DNA of 62,090 bases, counting the filler, from Choristocarpus tenellus KU-1152 (lineage: Eukaryota; Protista; Phaeophyceae): the NCBI GenBank assembly GCA_964200185.2. It is 7 parts of 7 records of this genome, joined end to end, with 100 filler letters (N's around TTAATTAATTAA, not from the genome) between each part and the next. Parts side by side here need not be neighbours in the genome. Positions count along the whole stretch, not along the records: positions 28,404 to 39,089 come from CAXNAD020002787.1; positions 39,190 to 47,977 come from CAXNAD020004331.1; positions 48,078 to 58,496 come from CAXNAD020002943.1; 4 more parts are not named here. One strand, given 5' to 3'. The position numbers were made by a program, and so were the translations under genes. A model generated the notes under the pieces. It searched no databases. It was not told the DNA's origin and worked only from the letters and a program-made list of their open reading frames with translations. Of this stretch, positions 38,128 to 50,699 are shown piece after piece; position 1 is the first letter of the stretch; the number at the start of each line of letters is the position of its first letter.

Positions 38128-39189
38128 ATGATTTTGTCAACGAAAACGCCTTCAAAACATGTCAGCCCTGAACTTAGAACAAAACAAGCGACATTATATC
38201 TATCCGCATGCTTGCTTCCCCTGAACGCCACACAACCCCATCAGACTTGGGCGGACATTCCTTTGGCTTCGTAGAAAACACTTTCGGAGATGAACTCCAG
38301 CGTGGTGTGGGCCATAGCTGGGGATTAGAATCAAGTTATGGAGGGCATATTTTTGCGGCGTTGGGGCATGGGGGAGGACTCTAGTCAGGAACAGGAAGAA
38401 CACTATGATTTTGCAGGGGAGCGTGTCGCGGTCGAGCTGTCATCCACCAAGGTTCATTCACCAACCTTCACCACCGTGACACCATCCTTTTAACGCAAGA
38501 ACTTGTCAACTTATCAGCCGACCAGGTTCCTCACTGGAGGGGATGCCCATCGAGGAACATGAACACGACCTTGTTCAAGTCAAGGACTCTGCAGGATCAA
38601 GCGCACAAGAGCCAAACCAATTAAGAGGTAGGTTGGTTTGGACCCTCTTGCATTCTAAGCCATCTTTCTTGCCCTGTGCAATACACAATATTTCATAGCT
38701 TTGTGTTCACACAATAGCGTACGCAAAATTGATATTCCCCCTTTCCACACACAAGGTGACACCACAATTCAGGAAAAGGGCTCTTTCTGATATTGTACAA
38801 AATTATATATTTTTGCCCTTTCTCGGGATCCCGAAAATGAAAGTCATCTGTTGTTTTGACAGACAAGCATATACTCAAATGGACTAGCAGACAGACAGTA
38901 CGAATAGCGTGCATTGCAATCTATGGGAGCTCGACTCTTGCACAGCACGGTGGAACTTGTCGCTCACTGACCTCTCAAGGTCTTGCCTTCTTACCCCCCA
39001 CAAACAAATGTGCTGAGGAAAAATCCCACGTATGTATACAGAGGAGCGGATAAAGGATACACTGCTTCACATGAAATGCATTCCCTCCCNNNNNNNNNNN
39101 NNNNNNNNNNNNNNNNNNNNNNNNNNNNNNNNNTTAATTAATTAANNNNNNNNNNNNNNNNNNNNNNNNNNNNNNNNNNNNNNNNNNNN

Positions 39190-39280
39190 GGGATGGATAA
39201 TGTAAGTGCCCTTCTCCTGGTCAGGGCCCGAATGGACACCCTGGTGTAGATCCCCCCCCCCCCCCCAGATACTTTGAGTC
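39190..39280. mobile_element. MITE family B partial copy at contig start
   Basis: Interior plus polyC-AGATACTTTGAGTC terminus. Confidence 0.85.
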
Positions 39281-39639
39281 AAGTGTCTAGTACAGAGCAC
39301 AGAGCACATAATTTCCTGTGTCTCTATGAAACTGCCACAATATAAACTGAGTAGTTCCGACCCGAATGGGAAGGGGTCGGTTCTGTATTTATCTTTTTGG
39401 AACCATTTCTGTGACACTTTAGAACCATTTGGGTATATTATTCAAACAGTTTTGACGTGTTTTGGGGAATTTTTTTCCACTTCTTTCATGTTTTTGTGGA
39501 AGCTTCTTCAGACATTTTTCGAGGGATGTTCATGATGAGTGCGGTGGAAGAATGTGGAGGAAATGGCGTAGAATTGTACAAATTCTTCAACATGTGAAGA
39601 GGTTGCAAAAAGGTTATGGGAAATTATAGGGTACTACGA

Positions 39640-39950
39640 GGGCTCTATTGATCGTTCGTAGATATAACCTCAACATCTTCGTGGTGGAAAGGCTTGGCCG
39701 CCTCGTTAAGCAAGCGAGAAGTTTCCTGGATGAGTTAGCTACGCACGTGGTAGGGGGGAGAGGGACTGGAGGCTACAGCAGGAAAGGGGTGGTCAAATCC
39801 CGCCTACGACAGATAGTCCCTGTTACAACGCAGGTGGACCTGTTTAGATGTGTCATGTGTTTTACGCTGTAGACACCAGGGAGATGGGCAAGGAGGGGCT
39901 TGTCAGTTTCTTGGGATGCTTATCTACCTCCTCACCCTGGGGTGCAGGAA
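39640..39950 (+). mobile_element. Decayed CRE-like (RLE-type) non-LTR retrotransposon C-terminus
   Basis: FVVERLGRLVKQARSFLDELATHVVGGRGTGGYSRKGVVKSRLRQIVPVTTQV resembles the VE.FGRLG...FL..LA end of the restriction-like endonuclease domain. A second fragment lies at 50878-51035. Confidence 0.7.
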
Positions 39951-41738
39951 TTAAGCTACGTTGGAGGCACAGGAAGGCAGTGGTAGAGCATAGCTGATAG
40001 TAAAATAGTAACTAGATTCAGTTTTTTCACATTTATGACAACTGTTACTTTGATAGGGATTTTTCTGGCATGTGAATAGTTCTTATTGGTTTTCCCCTGA
40101 CAAATCTGCAAAATGTCAGAGGACATAATAATAAAAATAGGGTAGAACAGCAGAAACAATGTTCAGAAGTAAAATGAGGGAGCGTTTGTATTTATTTTAA
40201 ATTGCAATATGTCACAAAACTGTCCTAAAATATTGGCATCCAGTGTCCAAACATATATCGACCAAAGTGAGTTCTCACTTGTCTATAAAAAGTGTTAAGC
40301 TAAATGCGAAAGAAGTCCAACATCCATCCACAAACGAAGCTCACCTTCATCCAAAAAATGTAACTATAGCAATTGTGAAAAATCTCCCCCCAAGTAACTT
40401 CTCCAATGCCCAAAAACATATCCCAAAGCATGCCCAAAAGTGCAAGAAACATTCAATGTATCCAAACGCATACTAATGTACCTCAACGCTGATGGGTTAG
40501 AAGACCTTGAGTGCTCTACTCCAGCAACTTGGGGAATGCTCGAGTTAAATACCCCAGACCCAAAGCAATATAGGATGATCTTGTGGGGCTATGAACGAGA
40601 ACAAGTTCGGAGCGGTCAGTGGAAAGAAGAAATCATGCCATGCTAGTCTATGATATGGGAAACCTCAGAATTAGCAGTGAGCATATCAAAAGAATAGTTG
40701 GATTGATGATTCCTGCTACCAATGCCTGCACCCCTCCAAGTCGTTACAAGGACAAATACACCTAGGCTGCCTTTGGCTCAAAGCTGCGGACTACAAACAG
40801 GGGAAAGAGATAGTACACTTGAAAGAAAACAAAGTAAGAGTCTTCAAGAACAAGAAAGGTCATCTATTTACAGGGCCGCACGACTTCAGTTGTCAAAGTG
40901 CTAACCAGAAGGGAAGGAGGAGTGGATTGGTGCTATAGTGCTCAGCGTTGAGCCACAGCATTCCTCGACAGGCCTACTGCAAGGACAATATGGGGTGCAA
41001 AACAATCATCATACAACTGATATACAAGGAACTATACACCAGGGCAATGCTCATTTGCAAAGTAGGCCAAAGTTATGACCGAGCTCATACTGCAAGACCT
41101 GTGTATCATAGGGCCTACGCTTCGGACAAAGGTGGTAGAACCCGGACTGTAGTCAATGCCGCACAAATCTGAAGCTATTCCCCAGCCATGGACCAACAGC
41201 ATTGCATCAGCCTGTTAAAACAAGTTCAAGCATCAGTACAGCAGGGGATGGGGGTGACCACAAGCCGGCAACATGATGATCCACCATTACATCATACACG
41301 TCATGAATATGTTGCAGAACAAAGTACAAGACGAAGATCAGTACCACAAAATCTCTTCAACCTTTACGGAGATCAAAACGGGTTTTAAAATTGTTCTATA
41401 CCCAAACATACAACCCAACCACAGTCCTATCTGGAGGGTAGCAAAGACAAAGCTTACGTAGGCCCTCGCGCTCAAGGACAGACAATATGGCATAGAGAGA
41501 TAAGAACCTGCCTATACAGTAATATCTACCATTTTACGGGCTTTTGACTTTCCTAGTTTGATAGATCTCACTATTCTTCACTGGAACGGTGCTCGTTCTG
41601 TGCATGCACCTTGTCTTGCACAGATTATGTGTACGGGCGATACGGTACGCATTCCCATTGTTATGTGAAGTGGAAGTATAGACACTGTAGGAACTACTGG
41701 GGAGTAGAATGATCAACTTGAAGTTGAAGTGTTGATTT

Positions 41739-41923
41739 GGCTCAAGTATCTGCGGGGGGGGGTGGTGGCTGTCCATTCGGGGCCCATTTTTCCATGTCGC
41801 AATTTTTGACTGATTTGGTTGCATGCGTCGGATGAATAAAGTAAGGTCACTTCTCCTGGTCAGGGTCCGAATGGACACCCTGTTGTAGACCCCCCCCCCC
41901 CCCCCCCCCCGATACTTTGAGCC
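41739..41923. mobile_element. MITE family B copy
   Basis: GGCTCAAGTATCTGCGGGG ... CCCCGATACTTTGAGCC; flanked by TTT/TTT. Confidence 0.9.
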
Positions 41924-42127
41924 TTTACATCCATAGAGTGCAGCAATATGTAGATCGCTTGCGCGTACGTGCACAGTGTTGTTGCAGGACAAGTAGACTT
42001 TACAAGTATGTGGGGGTGTGGAAGAAAAAAACCAATAAAAATATTGGTAGCAATACGCTATTGTTTGTATGTTGCTTCTTGTCCCCTCCTGTTGCCATAA
42101 CGAGCAAATTCTCATAGGGCATTGAAT

Positions 42128-42226
42128 GACATCTCCTAACAAACACGCCAAAATTACATCAAAATTGCAACATTGGATTTTGGTCCCCAAATGTACGCGG
42201 CTCTATCCTCTAAGATACTTTGGCTC
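42128..42226. mobile_element. MITE family A partial copy
   Basis: About 100 bp ending in TCCTCTAAGATACTTTGGCTC. Confidence 0.85.
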
Positions 42227-42828
42227 TTGATACCTCGTTCTGAGATATTTTCTATGGATTTCGTATATTTTTGGGGGTGGTAAAGGTTCGAGGGTATGAA
42301 GTTGGGTTCCATGTATTGTGTGAATTTCACACACACCCCAGTAGGTGACAGAACTGGTTCAATGATACACAGTACAGTGACACCTGGTTGTAAGAATTCC
42401 AACTCACCATGATATTGCATCGTATTATTGTCTTAGGTTCTATGGAATTTGTATATATTGAGGTTTAGGGTTAGGTTGTTTATCACTGGGCATTCTCTAG
42501 TACCTCTGTTTAACCCCATAAAATGTATAGCATTATTATTAATATAACAAGCTGTAGGTATTGCACCCTCCACGCCCTCCACATTTTACCATACAAAGAA
42601 GATTTCCTACAATAAACCTGTACCAGTTGATGTACAACGTAGTAGTAAAATATGCTGTAGTGACGGGGTGGTCTGTATGCACCACATACAAGCTATCTAC
42701 AGAATGTTGTGTTGTAGGATAAGAAGTTGATCGTGATACATGTTGGGTCTAGTTGAATTTTATCCATAGGCATTTCGTGTTGTAGAGTGCATACTTGCAC
42801 ACTTTCGTTTTTTTGGTAGTGTACTCAC

Positions 42829-44113
42829 CCCTACGTAGTCTCGCCACGCCACGAGATCTGGTGTTGCTGGAAAATTATAGAGCTGGTCTTCCGCAGAGGC
42901 TGATGCGAGGATAGGAGTGATGAAGGAGTAGTCGCTGCTGGAGATCGCAATCATGGCAACCAAATTTACACCTAGATGAGTGTAGGTAAGGGCATCCACG
43001 GCAATGTTGTAGTCTTCCAACTTTTCCTCGATCTCACTCTCCAAGATACGTGAGCCTCCAGCAGAAATGACAGCAGAATGCGTGTAAAACACCACGAGAT
43101 CTGAAGACAAGGCAGCAGCACGACATCAAATCGAAATGAGTAAAAGGAGGAATGACGAGATAGCACCATGAGAGAGATTGAAAGGAGAGAAAGCCGATGA
43201 GTGGACATGTGGATCGGTCCAATGAACTGGGCTAGGCGACTAAATATGGAGAGTTGTATTGTGTGTTTCATATGGGGCAAACAGTTTCGCCCAGAAAGCC
43301 AATCAGTTAGCAGATGATATACAACATAACTATACCTCTAGGAACCTACACCCAGAAAAATACTGCACCACAAAAACATGTAACAAAAGCAAGTACAAAT
43401 ACATGGTGGAGTGTGTTCTTAAATTCACCAGTTCCACGGGCTGCTCCTCCAGTAGTCTCCACCAAACGACGTCCTCGCAATCTTCTGGTCGGTATTTCGA
43501 TATCACCAAGAGCACGTCTTCGATCACCACCCTTGAATTCGGGCACGTCTGTCTTCAAGATGCGCTTCACGGCAACGTCGGCCTCGACCATTGTCACTCG
43601 GTAGAAAGAGTCGATAGTATCATCCATCACACGAATATTGATGTCGAGTGCACCCCTAGAGAAGCGGCAGGTCAGGTCACCTTTCGACCCATTAATTATC
43701 CCTCTCCAGGAGTACCTGCCTCTCGTCACGTCACATGCACTTTGGTTGGCACCTTCTTGCCTTGAAGCCGTGAATATTTCCGTACCAATCACGAAGGTGA
43801 TACTCTGACCACATCTAATAGCCGAAGCAAAGGAATCAGTCCATGCAAGGATATTTTGATTGATGGTGGGCACTGTTACTATTGCCGACCCAGTGCCAGC
43901 AACACTCTCGAACTCGTCTACATCCAAGTCGAAGAGACACTCTTCTCCACCATGTCCGCAGTTGTCGACAGAGATTCTTGCCCCTTCTGCTATCCAAGTG
44001 GCCGGGTTTTGTAGTCCTTGTCCTTTTGGGGAAGGCCTTAGAGGTCGACCCAACACTCCTGTGGCGAACAACAAGCTGCCGTACAACAAGCCACGAAGCA
44101 GAGTCCCGACCAT
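42829..44113 (-). CDS. Secreted reprolysin/M12B- or M72 (peptidyl-Asp)-like metallopeptidase homologue, first exons (43429-44113, 42829-43100)
   Basis: Signal-peptide-like start MVGTLLRGLLYGSLLFATGVLG, a roughly 200-aa pro-region ending in RRLRGRRL, then DLVVFYTHSAV..GG..EIEE..YNIA..NLV..DY..DLVAWRDYVG. This resembles the D++V+YT...N.A...LRD..GAD opening of bacterial-type metzincin domains. No HEXXH found downstream. Confidence 0.6.
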
Positions 44114-45399
44114 GATCTTCCACACCGGACTTTGTGGATATGGTTTGGGAAACAATTCTGTCAAGAATAACAAACCAGATGTCTTCAGAGCAAAGGACCA
44201 GAAATATGGGGGTTGTAGGACTGACTCTCGAGTTCGTCGTTTCCTCACTACTTGTGTCCACTACGAAGGTGGACTATTGTTTTCTCTGCTTGTTCAAGTG
44301 CACAAGAAGATGAAAGTGTGTGAGGACTGAGGGACGATTTTCTTGGCTTCTCACTCTCTGGCTCCAGTACTTTGAGCATATATCATATCCAAGACCCCGC
44401 ACTTGCTGTAGAGATGATGTAGAATTCTTGCCTACCTCCTTGACCACGTTTGGAGGGTATGTAGATGAACAGGAGTGGGAAGAGAGGGAAACAGTGGATA
44501 CTCTATTGTTCACATAGTTATGTGGAAAAATTCAACAATTATGGTAGAAGTTCTCATGTTGCATTCAATAGTACCTTTTTCTCGTGTGTGCCTTATTGTT
44601 TTGAAACATACACATAATCGAACTTACAAAACAACATATTATTATATTGATATTCGAATGTTGAGGGTAAGTGTAGAAATGAGATTATTGAACTAGAAAA
44701 TAGAAGCAGAAAGAAAGTATGAGGGGTCGTGGACCATCACAGCTCATGGTCTATTAAAAGAGGGATATATAGCGGGTTTATTTAATTATAATGAAAGAGT
44801 TACGGGAAGATAGTGGTGTAGTATACCTGGTAGAAAAATATTAAATAGATAGAAAAATCTGTTTCACAATTTTCGACAACTGTTCCTTTTTAGGGGGTTC
44901 TGACAATTGAATGGTTTTCATTAGTTTTTCCCCTACACATCTACAAAATGTTCAGGGCGTAATGATAAAAAATATATTGTAGTTTTGTTGACACTTACTC
45001 TAAAATACCCGTACGTTAAGATATTCAGAACATTAAAGAGGTGATATTGGTATTGTCTTTGGATTCAGGAATTATGTGAGGTTGGACCTGTAGAATATAA
45101 CTATGTCCCCGTTCATACATACAAAATGTACCAATATACGGTGTTCGTGATGCTCCAATGTATATATGCCAAGATGCCAAACACATTATTTCTCATTTCA
45201 CACTTACTACACTTTACTTGCAATGAATATGCCATAAAAGAATAAAAATGACTTCAATACAGATCGAAAATGAACCGATAATAAAAAAAAACAAAAATTG
45301 AGGGATTGTGATCCTTGCAAGGATTTTTATTATAGTATTAAGAAGATTTCTCGATGTTTACAACCAACTTTCACACTTCATACGTGTGCTTCTATACGT

Positions 45400-46020
45400 A
45401 TTCTTCATCTTACGCTGAGTTTAGAAGAGGTCGCGAAGCAGGTGGAGGTAGCCATCAACAAGGACGCCAGGGAAGAAAAGGAGGTGAGATTGAGACTATT
45501 TGCGCACCAATAGTTTGGTGTCTCCCACTTCTTGCAAGATGCTGTACATTCACTTTTGTTCCTGGACTTGGGGTTGGACGTATACGAAGTTGATTAAGGC
45601 TTTCTCCCAGCCTGCATTCATTCGAGAAATCAACACAATTTTCGATCAACTCAAGCCTGTCCTCCCTCGCCCTCGTGTCTTGATGATAAAATATCACCCG
45701 TCCAGGAAACACGGACAACGCCCATTTCCGGCGCTCAACGAGGAAATATGATCGTTAAGGCTCTAACACTGCGAATCCTGTACGTGTTTATGAACGACGA
45801 AAAAAATCGTCAAACGGCGCTCGAGATGGCAGCAGGATATGCGATGGCCAGGGTGGCAACTGTGAGCAAATGGGAGAGAAACTTCCTAACTAAGGGCCAC
45901 ATCAAGGTGTCAGAGCAAGGGCGCTATGAGAGACATTTCGTTCTGGGTCTCAATGAGGACATCATTGGCGAGGTCAAAGAGTGGGTGCGCGAACACATAG
46001 GAAGAAAAGGTGGGGAGGCT
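45400..46020 (+). pseudogene. Probable DDE transposase N-terminal relic (IS630/Tc1-related HTH region)
   Basis: Interrupted reading frames; ARVATVSKWERNFLTKGHIKVSEQGRYERHFVLGLNEDIIGEVKEWVRE resembles the T+..W...F...G....S..G.H.......ED......W+R pattern of this group. No catalytic domain is visible. Confidence 0.5.
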
Positions 46021-46295
46021 TTTCCCCCCCTAAATCCCCTATACTTTAATCAAGTAGTAATGCATCTGTTGCCACTCTTGGTGACCTACAATCTGGAGTT
46101 CGAACCCCAATATGATTAGTCTTTCTTCAAAAATAGAAAAATATGTCGAAAAAGAAGAACCAAGTCTGTATTGTGGAGGGCCTTGTGACGGGCATCACGA
46201 ATATGCTTTAAGTTTATTAAATCCGATGTCTACATCAAAGGTTATGACGGGACAACCCCAGTGGGTGAAGCTACTGGTACCAGTATAGAATGTGG

Positions 46296-46554
46296 GAGCC
46301 AAAGCATTTAGGGGGGTAGGAGTTTTGCCCTGTTTGTCCGTTTGGGGCTTGGCTTCCCACGGGTTTTTTACGACAATTTCCTACTCCAAAATGTTTTGGA
46401 GTAGGTATAATGTGTATAAAACTATGAAAATGCGCCTGGAACAAGGGTATTGACACTTCCTAACTAACACGATAGCCAAAATTACATCAAAGTCGCAACA
46501 TTGGATTTTGGACCCCAAACGGACACAGCTCTATCCTTTAAGATGCTTTGACTC
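46296..46554. mobile_element. MITE family A copy
   Basis: TIRs at both ends; flanks GTGG/TTGG; perfect internal hairpin CCTACTCCAAAA-TG-TTTTGGAGTAGG. Confidence 0.9.
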
Positions 46555-47856
46555 TTGGTGATTTGGGAAATTCTGAAAGGCATCCAAGTCATGTACCCTC
46601 TTGCCTCCAGGCATCGGGACAACATACTATTATCATTCGTTGGGGTGCTTGAGTCCTAACCCTGTACAGACTTCTGGACCAAAGAATTGGGACCGACTGG
46701 TGATGACGGGATGAGCGAGCCACTCAAACGATGAGGGGCGTTTGTCCTAGGCATTCCAATAAGCACCCGCGTAGACAGTTTCATGAGGTTTTTGAAGTCT
46801 GTCAAAGTCGACTTTGTCTACTTTGCACTGGTGACCCTCCCCAGTCATGATAGCTCACCATTTCAAATTTTGTATGCCTCTCAATCTACATAAGAACTAA
46901 GTCTCTCATCCAGAGGTTTTATCACCTGAAGTATTCACAGAGGAGAACGGAGCTTGCAAAGTTATCTTACATTTAACTCCGAACGGAGGCAGTATGAATA
47001 TATAATTTACTACTCTTCCAAGTACTACTAGACAAATAGTCTTATCATTGATATAGAAAGAAATACCTCAATCTCATATTAGGAATGTGGTCTGAAACTC
47101 GGAAGAATGTGTTGTTCATTACTCAGCTCACGGTTCTTTTCTGCCTATTGGCTATCCTTTCTTAGGTGGGTTCTCATATGGTGCCGTTGAGGTCATCTCA
47201 TGCCCCTCGACACCTCTCCTGCTGCAACAACTATCTCCCCTGCTTCTCGATCTTCCTCCTCGGGAACTAGGTAATCTTTGACGATCTGGTTGCAATGCTT
47301 CTTCGACTCCCTGTAAGTGTCATAATACAAATTGTACACCACGGTGTGCAGCACCGGAGAGAGAGAGAGGGAAGGAGGGGGAGAGAGAGAGAGAGATGGT
47401 CAAATTATGCTTGGTATTTCACCAGTCAGTACACCCTGTGTGTATGTGCTTGATTTTATAGAGTTCCTTAAGAGCGAGTGGGGTCTGGGTCTAGCGTAAT
47501 CTCTAGAATATGCCCTGGCCATGGTGTCTTTGAGGTTAACAGGGATCTCACATGCACAAGTGCTAAGCATGGAGGTAAGCAATGGTCTTGGTCCTTCAGT
47601 CCTTCACTTGCCAAGTATTTCTCTGCGCACTCTTCTACACGAAACACTACTACTGAGGCCATGGGACGGCCATGTGTAGTAGAAGGGTCTTTGATCGCAT
47701 TAGCCCACAACAACATTCATCTAGTATTACGCAGCCACTAGTCTCTGTGTGTACTGTATTGTATTGTGCTCTGCTGTCTGGCTCTGTGTAGTCCACTGCT
47801 CATTGTAGGCATGGAACATGTATTGGGGAGAAACCTACATGACCCTGTACCACTCA

Positions 47857-47978
47857 GAGTGAAAGTATCTTAGAGGGTACGGGTTTTTTCCTGTTTGTCC
47901 ATTTGGGACTTGAGCCAAAGTATGTTAGAGGGTAGGGCCGCGTCCATTTGGGGGCCAAAATCTAATGATGCAATTTTN
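47857..47978. mobile_element. Two nested MITE family A termini at contig end
   Basis: The first 55 bp of one copy are interrupted at 47912 by the opposite end of a second copy. Confidence 0.85.
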
Positions 47979-48149
47979 NNNNNNNNNNNNNNNNNNNNNN
48001 NNNNNNNNNNNNNNNNNNNNNTTAATTAATTAANNNNNNNNNNNNNNNNNNNNNNNNNNNNNNNNNNNNNNNNNNNNAGCGTCGTTTTAAGGCCGTTGGA
48101 TTTGAGTTGTACATCCTGGAAGGTGAGCATTGAGGGGCGCCTGTAACAC

Positions 48150-49770
48150 CACTGCTATAACTGCCTATGAGCAGCTTAAGATGGACCTTTACGATGTAGG
48201 CATGATGCTGAATATATGTAAGACCTTTGCTGCACCATCCCAGGCCCACCATCCCAAACCCTTGGAACTGGAACTCCTAGTCATATCGGGAACCAACCTG
48301 GCTTTGGACTCAAATGGATTTGTCACACTAGGAACTCCAGTAGAGACACATTAATTTATCCAAGCCCACATGGCTTGGGTAGTTTAGAGCTCAGCCACAA
48401 ATGTTGGCGAGCTAAAGTATCTTAGAGGGTAGAGCCGCGTCTATTTGGGGATCAAAATCCAATTCTGCGATTTTGATGCAATTTTGGCTATTGTGTTTGT
48501 TATGAAGTGTCAATATCCTTGTTCCTGATACACCTTTTCACAATGTATACACTTTACCTACTCCGAAATATTTTGGGGTAGGAAAATGTAATGAAAACCC
48601 CGAGGGAGGCCAAGCCCCAAATGGACAAACAGGGCCAAACTCGTACCCTCTAAGATACCTTCACTCTGGTCACACACCTGAGTGAGATGGAGGATAAATA
48701 CAAAATCCTCAACTTCTGGTCCCTCTCTTCCTGTCTGGGGTATTTTCGAGGGTCATTTCCCCCCACCTGACCCACCCCAGCACGGAACAATCCGATAACA
48801 CCTTGCTGTAGACTCTGGAGGTAGCAGACTCAGCTGGAGGCACTGGTTTCCTTAATGAGGTGTATGGAAATGTGTCTCTTCAACCAGAAACACGCCAACA
48901 AGTACAGGCACAAATACCCTTAAGTCTGGAAGGCTTGGGCCTATCTGTAACAGCACGCTCCAGAATCTTACCTCGACAGGATGTACAGCTCCAATCCACA
49001 GCCTATAGATGATGCGGATGCTTGTACAAGCCTCCCAGGATACTCCGACAGTCAAAGGGTTCAATGCAGCTTAGTGAACGTCAGGGCAGCAGAACAGGGG
49101 TACTTTTCTCAATCAACGTCGGTGTATATTGGGCATCGGAATTAAAGAATAGGGATGAGAATGCATTGATTATGTATACTCTTTTATTATTTCTTTTATC
49201 ATCATCTGCGTTTTATTTGTTTTGTTTTACAGAAATTGGAATACATCTGAAAACCGTTGCATACATTTCCAAGTTACAGATCTTACTCTGAAACTTTGAT
49301 CAAATCGGAGTTCCTCTTTATCAACGTCAGTGTATACTGCTTGTGCTTGTTAGAACGCAGGAAGAAATACTCACTTTATTCGCCTGTAACATGCCCTCTA
49401 TGAAATATCGCCAGCTTTTGTGGGGTCGATAGTTTCCACTCTCCCCATCCTAAAGCAAGGCAGCAAAGGTCTCACAGAGAGGTTTTTATACAGGCCATCT
49501 GTATGAGCCCCACAGTCCGGGCCCTAGGATCATCCATCCACACCCTCCTCTCATCAGGAGTCCCTCTAGAAGACTTGGCAGGAATCATTAGCCAAGGCTG
49601 GGTAGAGTGGGGAAAAACAACAACCCCTATCCCTGTCTCAAACATTCATACTCTAGCAGCCCATAACACCAGGATCACAAGGAGGGCACAACATGAGATC
49701 ACCCGCCTCCTGAACAGTATCCGTTTTAATTACTTCCAGACGTAACTGATCAACCTCCCAGATGTGTTAC
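48150..49770 (+). mobile_element. Decayed CRE-like retrotransposon RT-region fragments, interrupted by a MITE and other repeats
   Basis: Remnant peptides NICKTFA, NGFVTLGTPVETH*FIQ, MLVTHLSEMEDK and RRAQHEITRLLN resemble the G...LG.P+G...F+ segment and downstream helices of CRE-clade ORFs; many stops. Confidence 0.55.
48409..48666. mobile_element. MITE family A copy
   Basis: GAGCTAAAGTATCTTAGAGGGTA ... TACCCTCTAAGATACCTTCACTC; flanks TGGC/TGGT. Confidence 0.92.
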
Positions 49771-50699
49771 AGGCAAATAGCGCAGTCATTTCTTTCCACG
49801 TGCCAATATTCGCGAACAGTATACATACGAAGAGTTCATACAAGAGGAACTTTGAATTGATAGAAGATGCAGAGTGAGTTTTGAAATGCGCACATTACCT
49901 CATAGAATAGACGTCAATTCCTGGGAGTTTCAGAATAAAGATTTGTAATTTGAGTACGTATACAACGGTTGGCACAGATGTCTTTCAATTTGTAGTCTGT
50001 AGAATCTGGGTGCATGATGCAAATAAAGAATACTTTGAGCGCCACTCTTTGTGTATGTTGCCCACTTCTTTTATATTGAGTGAAACATCGAGCCAAGCAT
50101 TGAGCTAAGCACTGAGTGAAGCATCGACAGAAGAGTGTCTGACACCTCAAGTAGCTATCACCCGAGACCAAACCCCCATAGCGTCGTTTGGAGGTTGTTG
50201 GATTTGAGTTTCACATCCTGTGGAGGTGAGTTCTGGGGGGTGCTGTAACATGGAGGTCCTACTGAGACTTCCGTATTGCAACAGATGATGCATAACAAGG
50301 GAGAGAAGGTTATTTGCTAGCCCTGGCTGCCATTGGAGCCAGTGTAGACAAGGGGCAGTAAATATTTGTAAATATATCTTTTTCATTAACGATAACCGTT
50401 ATTTTCACAGGGGTCCCCTGTGATATAGGTTTGACTTTTTGCCTGACACGCCTGCAAGATGGTACAGGGCATAATAATTAACCCCTGGAAAATAACGGTA
50501 GCTGTTCACTGTTGCAGATACTACCTTCGTTGTATTGTACTTCTCAATATTTCCATTATTATTTTGGACAGCACAATATATTTCCTGATAGACCACATAC
50601 CGTACAATACCACTCACTGTTATAGTTTTTATTTATTATTATGCCCTCTAATATTTATTTACAGATGTGTTAAGGAGAAAGTCAAACCAATATGACAGG

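Noticed and set aside
37444-38231. 153-aa and 137-aa ORFs on opposite strands
   Set aside because: No family motifs, one spans a simple repeat, and there is no exon structure.
40200-41500. Cluster of short plus-strand ORFs suggesting a decayed LINE
   Set aside because: No RT or endonuclease motif could be identified.
47160-47720. Possible hAT/Mutator-like CxxH remnant on the minus strand
   Set aside because: It requires assumed frameshifts and the similarity is too weak.
13343-48666. MITEs acting as introners or CRISPR-like repeats
   Set aside because: The copies are dispersed, lie within longer introns or intergenic DNA, do not coincide with splice sites and have no repeat-spacer periodicity.
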